Shown piece after piece: positions 31,924 to 39,803 of a DNA stretch of 64,000 bases. The first letter of the stretch is position 1. Each line of letters opens with the position of its first letter. Source of the DNA: a virus (lineage: Duplodnaviria; Caudoviricetes); the IMG/VR virus record IMGVR_UViG_3300034053_000029, positions 32,001-96,000 of that record. One strand, written 5' to 3'. The position numbers and the translations under genes were made by a program. The notes beneath the pieces were generated by a model. That model saw only the letters and a list, made by a program, of their open reading frames with translations. It was not told the origin of the DNA and made no database searches.

Positions 31924-31970
31924 TGCGGAAGGATGGTAGAATCGAACTCTATGTTACATAACCTTCCGTA
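31924..31970 (-). pseudogene. tRNA remnant (acceptor stem plus T arm only)
   Basis: CGGAAGG...GAGTTCGATTCT...CCTTCCG; no D or anticodon arm. Confidence 0.55.
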
Positions 31971-32136
31971 TGTTAATCAATTTTATTAATTGCTACCACA
32001 AACAGGACGCAGAACATAATTAAATTAATCACCGCCCAAATTTCCATAGACTCTGTACCAACTCCAACTATGGTCGGTAAAGTAATGTAACCAGTCAAAA
32101 GAAATTCTGTTAAATCGTCCATTTACTATTTATGCT

Positions 32137-32167
32137 TGGAACATGAGACAGGAATCGAACCTGCTTA
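32137..32167 (-). pseudogene. 3' tRNA fragment, copy of the tRNA-Gly 3' end
   Basis: TAAGCAGGTTCGATTCCTGTCTCATGTTCCA, 29/31 identical to 36384-36414. Confidence 0.7.
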
Positions 32168-32179
32168 GAACTCAACTAT

Positions 32180-32262
32180 GATAAATATATGTGAGTTAGA
32201 TGGTTATTGGTCGTAACCATCAGCTTGAGGAAGACTACAAGTTGTCCTCACATACTATTTAT
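32180..32262 (+). promoter_or_regulatory. Late promoter plus structured leader, family B copy 2
   Basis: GATAAATA 32180-32187; TATGTGAG-TTAG-hairpin-hairpin-TGTC-CTCACATA. Confidence 0.65.
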
Positions 32263-32275
32263 TAAGGAAGACATT

Positions 32276-33088
32276 ATGAAAAATCAAACCTGCAAGCACT
32301 GCAATCAGACACTACCGAACCTTTCACCTAAGGTATTTTCTAACCACGTTAGGTGGTGTGATAAAAATCTGAATAGAAAGAAAGTAGGCCCAATTGGTAT
32401 AGCCAAAAGGGCAAAAACGATCAAACAGAATACTTTTAATAGAAAAATAATATTATGGAAAGAATATTACTTAACACCAAAAATATGTGTTGAATGTAAA
32501 AATGAAATTGATTGGTTTAGAAAAGACCAGATGTGTTGTTCTGCATCGTGTGCAGCAAAAGTTTCTAATAGAAATAAAACACCAGAACAAAAACACAAAG
32601 CAAAAAATTGTGGTAAATTGCTAGGCAGAAATAATAAAAAGGTTAAAGAACCAATTGCACCATATTCAAAAGTGTATAAGTGTACTTGTAAGGTATCTGG
32701 TATTGTTTGGTACAGTAAAACAGTAAAGCATATACACCCTAGTGTAACTGAAACTAAACAACAGTACTCATATCAATGTAGATTCAATTTCCAAATTAAA
32801 ACTTATTCTAATTGGTTTTATTATTCATCAGAGTTGATCAATCATTTTGGTTGGTATGCTGCCAAAAATAAAGGTGACAATCTAACCGGATGTTCTAGAG
32901 ATCACTTATACTCTGTAAATGACGGATTTATCAATAATGTTGATCCAAAAATAATTTCTCATCCAGCTAATTGTGAGATAAAACCACATAAACAAAATCA
33001 ATCCAAAGGCAGATCATCTTCAATAACTTTAACAGAATTGTTAGATAGAATTACAACTTTTGAAAATAAGTATGGGAGAGTGGTATGA
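32276..33088 (+). CDS. HNH-type homing endonuclease with Zn fingers
   Basis: CxxC motifs; SRDHLYS...HPANC...HKQNQSK; start trimmed to MKNQ. Confidence 0.78.
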   Translation: MKNQTCKHCNQTLPNLSPKVFSNHVRWCDKNLNRKKVGPIGIAKRAKTIKQNTFNRKIILWKEYYLTPKICVECKNEIDWFRKDQMCCSASCAAKVSNRNKTPEQKHKAKNCGKLLGRNNKKVKEPIAPYSKVYKCTCKVSGIVWYSKTVKHIHPSVTETKQQYSYQCRFNFQIKTYSNWFYYSSELINHFGWYAAKNKGDNLTGCSRDHLYSVNDGFINNVDPKIISHPANCEIKPHKQNQSKGRSSSITLTELLDRITTFENKYGRVV

Positions 33089-33147
33089 GAATCGAACTCA
33101 TTTGATTAGTTTTGCAGACTAACACCTAACCATTCGGACAACCACTC
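33074..33147 (-). tRNA. tRNA-Cys(GCA)
   Basis: GAGTGGT/ACCACTC acceptor stem, U73, loop CTGCAAA; encoded end is CCC, not CCA. Confidence 0.88.
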
Positions 33148-33188
33148 TCACATAATTACTCTAGTCATTCGGCCAACGTCATATTGTT

Positions 33189-33262
33189 TGGAAGGGGTAC
33201 TTGGAATCGAACCAAGTCTAATGCTGTCAAAGAGCATGGTGCAGCCAATACACTTTACCCCT
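33189..33262 (-). tRNA. tRNA-Gln(TTG)
   Basis: Cloverleaf, loop CTTTGAC, CCA. Confidence 0.9.
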
Positions 33263-33268
33263 ATTGTT

Positions 33269-33342
33269 TGGTGGGTCATGAAGGTACTGCCCCTTCGTCG
33301 ACTGGTTAAAAGCCAGATGTTCTACTATTGAACTAATGACCC
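33269..33342 (-). tRNA. tRNA-Lys(TTT)
   Basis: Loop CTTTTAA, atypical T loop GGCAGTA, CCA. Confidence 0.88.
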
Positions 33343-33918
33343 GAAATAGGCGAGTTTCATTTCTCCCTAAAGAAACTAATCCTCGATCTTCACTGTTATT
33401 CCACAGCATGGCAGACTAGCCACTGTTCCAATTAAAAGGGATAATGACAAGCGGAACATAATCTCTAGTTACTCGTCATTATTTTTCGCTCACGATTTTG
33501 CTCTCTACCACAAAGGGAGCGTGGTAGGCGAGGAAGCACCGAAGTTCTTATTTGCTAATATGTACCAATGCCCACAATGCTACGATTGGAGCAATGACCA
33601 ATCCAATTGCTATAATTCCACCGATCATGTGACTCTCCTATCGAAATAGCAGCAATGGAACTGCTGCACTTACCATAAACAATGCGACACCGTGTATCGC
33701 TAACCATAGACTGAATTTTAGTTCATCTACGACTTTATCAATCACGACGTGTATCCTTGATATCACGCATAATCATTGATTCTGCTAGTTGACGATGTGA
33801 GTGTGATTCAAACGTGGAAAGCCACTCTAGAAATTTAATAATTAAAGTCATGTAATGCTCCTAATGAAAGATAATATTTATGCTGCAATGCAGCACATTT
33901 CTCCTTCTCCAACCCTCA

Positions 33919-34443
33919 TTAGGATTTATTCAAACTAAGTTTCTGCGGCACTTTTAATGACGATTCTATTGCCCTAGAAAGTGGGACTTGTCTAACATAT
34001 TCATTACTTGCTTTGCGGTTATTCCACGGAACAAGATCATATTCTAATATTACGTTACTGTCAAGAACAACAGCACGAGTACAAAGATTATTCATCTGAA
34101 CGTATTTCACCAGAAAGTTATTAGCAAACTTGAATGGGACATTCTTAAATAGCTTTTGTTCTTTTTTCCAAAGACAATCTTTACGTTCAATGCAGTTGAT
34201 CGTTTTAAATGGAAAATCAATATCGCCTTTCCAATTTTCATGTCGCACTTCAACTTCCCATGCAGCAATAACTTTTTTATCAGCATTCAACGATAAAACA
34301 TCTATTCCAAATTTGTTAGGGTTCTCGATATGAAATGGGACATCTGTAATTCTATACTTCAATCTAGCAATCAGTGCATCTTTACCTTTTTTATCCCATT
34401 TATTGTGTTCTTCCTCATCGAATGGTTTTAATGATCCTATCAT
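33919..34443 (-). CDS. Hypothetical protein, possible PD-(D/E)XK fold
   Basis: GIDVL...WEVEVR; start trimmed to MIGSL because the longer ORF overlaps a tRNA. Confidence 0.6.
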   Translation of the reverse strand: MIGSLKPFDEEEHNKWDKKGKDALIARLKYRITDVPFHIENPNKFGIDVLSLNADKKVIAAWEVEVRHENWKGDIDFPFKTINCIERKDCLWKKEQKLFKNVPFKFANNFLVKYVQMNNLCTRAVVLDSNVILEYDLVPWNNRKASNEYVRQVPLSRAIESSLKVPQKLSLNKS

Positions 34444-34458
34444 ATGATCCTCATAAAA

Positions 34459-34553
34459 TGGTACTCCCGACTGGACTCGAACCAGTATCATCAGCCAATC
34501 TAGCCGCAATGCCGAGGTATAAGCTCGGAGTTTTACCGTTAAACTACAGGAGT
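34459..34553 (-). tRNA. tRNA-Ile(TAT) with long variable arm
   Basis: ACTCCTG/CGGGAGT acceptor stem, CCGAG-CTTATAC-CTCGG anticodon arm, about 25-nt extra arm, CCA. Confidence 0.82.
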
Positions 34554-34619
34554 ATTAAATAAAACTGGATACGCATAGTTGAGTAAAAGTCAATTGTGAT
34601 TGCTGTAGGTATCCAAAAC

Positions 34620-34696
34620 TGGTCGGAGATGAGAGATTCGAACTCCCGACATCTTGCTCCCAAAGCAAGCGGTCTACCAGACTGACCTAATCTCCG
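34620..34696 (-). tRNA. tRNA-Pro(TGG)
   Basis: Loop TTTGGGA, CCA. Confidence 0.92.
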
Positions 34697-34703
34697 ATAA
34701 TGC

Positions 34704-34778
34704 TGGCGCCCCCACACGGAATCGAACCATGAACTAGACTTTAGAAGAGTCCTGTTATATCCATTTAACTATAGGGAC
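34704..34778 (-). tRNA. tRNA-Arg(TCT)
   Basis: Loop CTTCTAA, CCA. Confidence 0.92.
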
Positions 34779-34785
34779 GAAATTC

Positions 34786-34864
34786 TGGCTCCGTATCTAG
34801 GGAACGATCCTAGCTAGTCAGTGATTAACAGTCACGCCCATGCACCAAGCTCGGGTTATACGGA
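34786..34864 (-). tRNA. tRNA-Asn(GTT)
   Basis: Loop CTGTTAA, G73, CCA. Confidence 0.9.
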
Positions 34865-34872
34865 ATTGTTAC

Positions 34873-34946
34873 TGGTGCCTATTGACGGAATCGAACCGCC
34901 ATAACAAGATTACAAATCTAGCGTAATACCATTATACGAAATAGGC
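34873..34946 (-). tRNA. tRNA-Thr(TGT)
   Basis: Loop TTTGTAA, CCA. Confidence 0.9.
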
Positions 34947-34953
34947 ATAAAAC

Positions 34954-35026
34954 TGGTTGCGACCACGGGAGTTGAACCCGCTTCCATCTTGGCTTATGAG
35001 GCCAGAGTCTACCACTAGAAGTCGCA
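34954..35026 (-). tRNA. tRNA-Met or Ile2 (CAT), short D arm
   Basis: Loop CTCATAA, TGCGACT/GGTCGCA acceptor stem, CCA. Confidence 0.8.
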
Positions 35027-35259
35027 ATTAATTAAAAGTATCTTGTCTTGGGTTTAAGGACACCATTTAATCCTCCTTACAGGTCTCTAGTAATCATCTA
35101 GCATAGCAAGGATATTGACAGTGACTTTGACAAGCAAGTTCGTTGATTAGACGATTTGTTCCCATACTTATTTAAACGGAATGACTTTTTGCTCCTTATT
35201 TTTATGTCCGGTAAGCAAACGGACTGCCATTAAATTGATTGCTGTAATCATTCCAAAAC

Positions 35260-35335
35260 TGGTGGAGACGGTCGGAATCAAACCGACCACAGAATCATTG
35301 CAAGTGATTCTCGCCCTCTTGGTACATTCGCCCCC
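35260..35335 (-). tRNA. tRNA-Ala(TGC)
   Basis: Loop CTTGCAA, G3:U70, CCA. Confidence 0.9.
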
Positions 35336-35393
35336 GTTATTTCTGTAACATATGCATAGTATATAGTGTCTGCATATTGAAGTCAAGTAATTT

Positions 35394-35476
35394 TGGTGGG
35401 ACAGGAGAGATTTGAACTCTCAAGCCGAAGCGTCTGAGCTTAAATCAGATGTGTTTGCCAATTTCACCACAGTCCC
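35394..35476 (-). tRNA. tRNA-Leu(TAA)
   Basis: Loop TTTAAGC, variable arm, CCA. Confidence 0.9.
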
Positions 35477-36229
35477 ATGTTCTTTAATTTGTTCAAGAAT
35501 ACCATCCCAATTAAATGATCTCTTATCTGAACTTAGTAATATTATTATGCTAACTCCAAGCTCTATTTCACAAAGATTAATTTTTTGTATTTGTAATTCT
35601 TGTATTTTGATTATTCTTTCGCTTCGTTCATTTGTAGATTTCTTACACCACATACTCTTTGGGTCTAAATAAACATTAAAATCTGGTAAATAAAAATCTG
35701 GTTCATACTTACGACCATCTGACAATACTAGTGGTGTTGGTCTCGACCACACAATTCTATTTTTATCCAATATATTAGCAACTTGCCATTCATGTATAGA
35801 TTCTAAATTAAACTTTAACCCAAATGAATCTATGTAAGGTATATAATTTCTTTTCCACCGTAATGTTGGATTTGCTGCTACTCCAGCTATACTTGGTTTC
35901 CATTTTCCAATGATGAACGATTCGTGTCGAGATTCTATTTGTTTTGATATACTTTGGTGAGTATCTTTTGTGTGCCCTTTACTCCAGTTCATCTTATCCT
36001 TAATTTCTTGAGGTAAGTTTTCATATCTTTGTTTGGCAGGTACTCTGCCACCATTTATATATGATTCTTTCGTACCTTTGCTATTTTTCTCTTTACATTT
36101 CGGACATTGTGTTGATCTAGGACTACACATCAAATTGCCAGATAAGTTTATATATTTTGCAATCTGATTACACCCATAATGACAAAGTTCTGCTGTTATT
36201 ATTTGTTCTGATTTTCTATGTTTTCCCAT
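35420..36229 (-). CDS. Putative homing endonuclease, PD-(D/E)XK type
   Basis: N-terminal CxxxC/CxxC; YEPDFYL...YLDPKS; start at MGKH after GAGG; C-terminus runs into tRNA-Leu. Confidence 0.78.
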   Translation of the reverse strand: MGKHRKSEQIITAELCHYGCNQIAKYINLSGNLMCSPRSTQCPKCKEKNSKGTKESYINGGRVPAKQRYENLPQEIKDKMNWSKGHTKDTHQSISKQIESRHESFIIGKWKPSIAGVAANPTLRWKRNYIPYIDSFGLKFNLESIHEWQVANILDKNRIVWSRPTPLVLSDGRKYEPDFYLPDFNVYLDPKSMWCKKSTNERSERIIKIQELQIQKINLCEIELGVSIIILLSSDKRSFNWDGILEQIKEHGTVVKLANTSDLSSDASA

Positions 36230-36301
36230 TTGTGCCTCGATGATAAATGTATACATATATTTATCATTTTACACTCTTGAGTATACCAATTATTTAAAAT
36301 C

Positions 36302-36375
36302 TGGTACTTCGTGATGGTTATGCTCCACCGTAGCCGCTTTATCAAAACGGTATTCTTCTATTGAATTAACGAAGC
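36302..36375 (-). tRNA. tRNA-Ile(GAT)
   Basis: Loop TTGATAA, CCA. Confidence 0.88.
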
Positions 36376-36383
36376 ATTATTAC

Positions 36384-36470
36384 TGGAGCAGGAGACAGGA
36401 ATCGAACCTGCTTACGGCTTTCGCCTTACTTGATTGGAAGTCAAGCGCCTAACCAATAGGCTACACCTGC
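36384..36470 (-). tRNA. tRNA-Gly(TCC) with long variable arm
   Basis: CTTGA-CTTCCAA-TCAAG, U73, extra arm GGC-GAAA-GCC, CCA. Confidence 0.85.
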
Positions 36471-36477
36471 ATAATTT

Positions 36478-36551
36478 TGGCGAGTCTGTAAGGAATTTAA
36501 CCCTATCCGCCGAGGTTGGAACTCGGAATGCTAACGTAACACTTCAGACCC
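36478..36551 (-). tRNA. tRNA-Trp(CCA)
   Basis: Loop TTCCAAC, G73, CCA. Confidence 0.88.
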
Positions 36552-36560
36552 ATATTGTTT

Positions 36561-36632
36561 TGGTGCCCAATGAAGGAGTCGAACCTTCTCAGTCGTGATT
36601 CGTATTCACAACGCCGTTCCGTCGGATTGGAC
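36561..36632 (-). tRNA. tRNA-Arg(ACG)
   Basis: Loop ATACGAA, short D arm, CCA. Confidence 0.82.
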
Positions 36633-36638
36633 TTTATT

Positions 36639-36714
36639 TGGTGCCGCCTCGTGGTTTCGATCCACGCTTTCCACCTTTTCAGGGTAGCACTTTCACCAGA
36701 TTAGTTTAAGCGGC
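36639..36714 (-). tRNA. tRNA-Phe(GAA)
   Basis: Loop CTGAAAA, CCA. Confidence 0.9.
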
Positions 36715-36721
36715 AATGATT

Positions 36722-36808
36722 TGGTGCGAGTGACAGGCATCGAACCTGTAAGACCGTTAAGTCGCTGACTTCTAAAGACAGTGTGTTTCCCAATTTCACC
36801 ACACTCGC
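36722..36808 (-). tRNA. tRNA-Leu(TAG)
   Basis: Loop TTTAGAA, variable arm, CCA. Confidence 0.9.
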
Positions 36809-36818
36809 ATTGTGTTAC

Positions 36819-36915
36819 TGGAGGAAAAGGTGAGATTCGAACTCACGGCCCACGGATGGTTACGGGACGCTGGTTTTCAAGACCAGAGCAATAAACCGGA
36901 CTCTGCCACTTTTCC
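36819..36915 (-). tRNA. tRNA-Ser(TGA)
   Basis: Loop CTTGAAA, long variable arm, CCA. Confidence 0.92.
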
Positions 36916-36925
36916 ATTGTGTTAC

Positions 36926-37015
36926 TGGCGGAAGAATGAGGTCACGATCCCCATGCCATATTTCAGGCACCTATCGTTTAGCAAACGATGCTGTCACCTT
37001 GACAATTAATCTTCC
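36926..37015 (-). tRNA. tRNA-Ser(GCT)
   Basis: Loop TTGCTAA, long variable arm, G73, CCA. Confidence 0.9.
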
Positions 37016-37024
37016 ATTTAATTT

Positions 37025-37100
37025 TGGTCAGAGTGGGGAATTACGATATCCCAACCTCCTGTATCCAAGACAGGCCGTCTTCCTTTGACAATACACTCAG
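37025..37100 (-). tRNA. tRNA-Pro(TGG), second divergent copy
   Basis: CCTGT-CTTGGAT-ACAGG, CCA. Confidence 0.82.
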
Positions 37101-37108
37101 ATAATTCT

Positions 37109-37183
37109 TGGTATCGCACTGGGGTTTCGATCCCCACTCACTAGTTTGAAGGACTAGTTGCCACGCCAGCTGCATCGTGCGAT
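37109..37183 (-). tRNA. tRNA-Glu(TTC)
   Basis: CTAGT-CCTTCAA-ACTAG (C at position 33), CCA. Confidence 0.8.
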
Positions 37184-37294
37184 GTATAAATTCTTGCTAT
37201 GTCCTTTTGCGAGGACTCTAGTTGTGGCTTGAGAGGCATCGTTCCTAGAATCGAGAGGCACTTCCACCAAACCGTAAAGCGACGGTCTGCATTT

Positions 37295-37369
37295 TGGCGA
37301 CACGGAAGGGAATCAAACCCTCATAAGTCTCCTAGACAGGGAGATGCATTATCAATCTGCCACCGTGCC
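37295..37369 (-). tRNA. tRNA-Asp(GTC)
   Basis: Loop CTGTCTA, G73, CCA. Confidence 0.9.
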
Positions 37370-37375
37370 AAATTT

Positions 37376-37454
37376 TGGGGTGATCGACCAGACTCTCACT
37401 GGCTAATATACTACTTCACAGGTAGTAGGCTCGAATACTTCGCTTTCGATCACC
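37376..37454 (-). tRNA. tRNA-His(GTG)
   Basis: Loop CTGTGAA, G-1:C73, CCA. Confidence 0.88.
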
Positions 37455-37835
37455 ATTGAATTCTCTCTCAGATCAAGGGCGTGTCTGAGATTGTGTAATT
37501 TGCCCGACTGCACTAAGGCAGTCTTACACTTTTGAATGATTAAGAGCATTCACGACTCTAATTATTCTTTTGTGGAAGTTAGGAAGTCGTTTCGATGGCG
37601 GGTCATTGGCGCCCTACTTTCCACCGCTAACTTCCACGAATTCTGTGGGGTGTGGATTTTACGAGCTTGCCTAACGCCCCTTTGCTCGATCTACGGGAGT
37701 GATCCAGCCTGCAGTAACCAAATCATCCTATCTTAATTCAAATCTTCTTTAGAATCGACTCACATGAAACAATGTAGGCTGTTGGATGCGCCCCATTTGA
37801 CCGAACCAACTTCGGCTCATGTAAATCTCAAAAGA

Positions 37836-37894
37836 GATAAATAATAATGCTAGTCACGAAGCGTCAACTTCTACTAGCCCTAGACATTCTAACA
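37836..37894 (+). promoter_or_regulatory. Late promoter plus structured leader, family A copy 3
   Basis: GATAAATA 37836-37843; 49 bp (37846-37894) identical to 18817-18865. Confidence 0.78.
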
Positions 37895-37912
37895 ACTTGA
37901 AAGGATCAAATT

Positions 37913-38743
37913 ATGTCCAGCACCAGTATTTATCCATCAACGAAGATCGTTCCTTATGTTTATAAGTTGACTCATAAAGTCACTAAACAATTTTACTTTG
38001 GTGTTAGGTTTAGTAAAAACCAAAAACTACCATCGCACATCGATTTAGGAACACATTATTTCACATCATCGAAATGCATCAAACAACTTGGTTTTGATAA
38101 CTTTGACACCGAAATCCTAGCAGAATTTCCTTTCGACGGCGGAAGAATTGATGCTTACTTACTTGAACAACAATTAATCGAAGAGAACTTCTCAAATTCA
38201 CTCATCTTGAATAAGAACATATCAAAAACCAATAAAGGTTCTTTTTACTTTTGGATGCACAAAGGATCAACTTGTCAAGCAATCTCAGATGCAAACAAAG
38301 GCAGGAAATTAAGAGATTATGATTACAAACATTCGCTAGAAAGTAAAAATAAAATTAGCGAAGGTGTTGGTCGTAAATGTTCTTGCATATTATGCAAAGT
38401 CGAACTATCATCAATTACATCACTTAAATCACACTTCAAAAGTTGTTTTGAAGATTGGGAATCGATGCAGTGTTTATTCCCAAACTTAAATCAAAAGAAA
38501 CATCTCATCAAACCAAAAAGAATTAAGTCGCCCAAAATTATAAAACAAAAGCGAATCAAAAAAGAATTTAACAACTGTTTAGAATGTCAATCTAAAGTAA
38601 ATCGTCGTTCTAAAAAGTTTTGTAATTCGTCTTGTGCAGCAAAATACAACAATAAACTAAGACCCAAAGGGCACGAATCAAGAATAAAAAGCAATGAATC
38701 GAGAATAAACAAATTAAAATCTAGGTGTGCGTCTAATCTCTAG
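37913..38743 (+). CDS. Seg-like GIY-YIG homing endonuclease
   Basis: PYVYKL...FYFGVR, YFTSS, C-terminal Zn motifs; starts MSSTSIY. Confidence 0.85.
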   Translation: MSSTSIYPSTKIVPYVYKLTHKVTKQFYFGVRFSKNQKLPSHIDLGTHYFTSSKCIKQLGFDNFDTEILAEFPFDGGRIDAYLLEQQLIEENFSNSLILNKNISKTNKGSFYFWMHKGSTCQAISDANKGRKLRDYDYKHSLESKNKISEGVGRKCSCILCKVELSSITSLKSHFKSCFEDWESMQCLFPNLNQKKHLIKPKRIKSPKIIKQKRIKKEFNNCLECQSKVNRRSKKFCNSSCAAKYNNKLRPKGHESRIKSNESRINKLKSRCASNL

Positions 38744-38995
38744 AAAATAAACACACACCTAAAATTTTAACAAGCAGACTTCTTTCCGACAATACTTTCA
38801 CATAATAAGGGACGACTCGAACGTCCATCGTCGGCTTGAGCGCCGATCTGCCTCCCAGCACTTATTCCACTACTGGCATCATCTTCGATCTGTCTTTTGC
38901 TTGTTGATCAGACAAGTGCTTTATCGTTCTTACCCAATCTCAGGCGACCGACTTGAACGGTGCATCGAACTATGTCGCTTCACAGCGAGATATTT

Positions 38996-39085
38996 TGGTG
39001 GGGCATGGACGGAATCGAACCTCTTGCCTAGAAGGACTGCGTTTACAGCGCAGCGGCGACACCAGTCTGCCCTTATTGCACACCC
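38996..39085 (-). tRNA. tRNA-Tyr(GTA)
   Basis: Loop CTGTAAA, variable arm, CCA. Confidence 0.9.
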
Positions 39086-39268
39086 CAAATTTATTAGCGG
39101 AGAAGTACCATCTTCTCCTTTCACCTGTACTCAGGATCACCTTTTGGGCGTGACATTAACTGTTTGGTAATGTTGCCTCAGTGGATACCAACCACCTTAC
39201 TAGAGGTTACAGTAGCATTGTCTACTCAACAATAACAGTCAAATTTATTACGCACTCTTTTGAATGCG

Positions 39269-39359
39269 GATTGTTAAGTATTCTTGAAAGAATCGAACTT
39301 TCGTCCTACCCGCCCCCTGCCGGAAAGCCTCAGACACCATTTAAGAACACTTAACAATC
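39269..39359 (-). ncRNA. tRNA-like small RNA with T arm and 17-bp closing stem
   Basis: GATTGTTAAGTGTTCTT / AAGAATACTTAACAATC; GAAAG-TTCGATT-CTTTC. Confidence 0.6.
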
Positions 39360-39531
39360 GGTGGCTCGATCACTCACACCACCTGATGTTTTCGATCTAT
39401 CTCCCACGATAGCTTCTCAACACCCTCCGACTTTTCACACCATGTTTTAAGTGCGGTGCCTGGCCTCGTTACCAGATAACTTAACACACTCTGCTACTGA
39501 GACTACATTTTATTCTACTTCTGAAACCTTG

Positions 39532-39648
39532 TCAATAACTATTTTGGTACTTCTCTTTCCGTTTGAAGGAACCCTTACCCTTCTTGGAACCAACAACACG
39601 CATCCGGTACTTTGGAGTGCGAAGGTCTTTAGCGATTGGGTTTTTCAT
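39532..39648 (-). CDS. arfA: ArfA-like alternative ribosome-rescue factor (38 aa)
   Basis: KNPIAKDLRTPKYRMRVVGSKKGKGSFKRK aligns by eye with the ArfA core [29 protein letters not shown]. Confidence 0.75.
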   Translation of the reverse strand: MKNPIAKDLRTPKYRMRVVGSKKGKGSFKRKEKYQNSY

Positions 39649-39803
39649 TTTACTTACCTTTAGCAAAAAGTGTATAACCAGAAACCCGTTGCAACACAAC
39701 CACCGCAAGCATATTATTAACACATTTCCACTCACGATGCACAGGATTAAAAACGTAGTATTTCATTTCCGTATTCCTCTTGTTGCGTCATTCGATGGAA
39801 CGA

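Larger units (their letters stand above)
37460..38990 (-). ncRNA. Probable large structured RNA (ROOL/GOLLD class), interrupted by an endonuclease gene
   Basis: Two ORF-poor, hairpin-rich segments (37460-37830 and 38745-38990) inside the tRNA array; 11-bp inverted repeat 37572-37582/37627-37637; 9-bp long-range complement 37485-37493/38935-38943. Confidence 0.5.

Noticed and set aside
34566-37290. Theta/HDV-like ribozymes in tRNA trailers
   Set aside because: The 7-bp stems lack the P3/L3, P1.1 and J4/2 arrangement of the nested double pseudoknot
37460-38990. Group I intron housing the 37913 endonuclease
   Set aside because: I could not find the conserved P7 (R/S) elements, there is no interrupted exon, and the ORF is antisense to the flanking RNA
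33227-39663. ORFs 33227, 34374, 35168, 35412, 36812, 37199, 37536, 38901, 38930, 38953 and 39451
   Set aside because: They overlap tRNAs or structured RNA, so they are likely spurious frames
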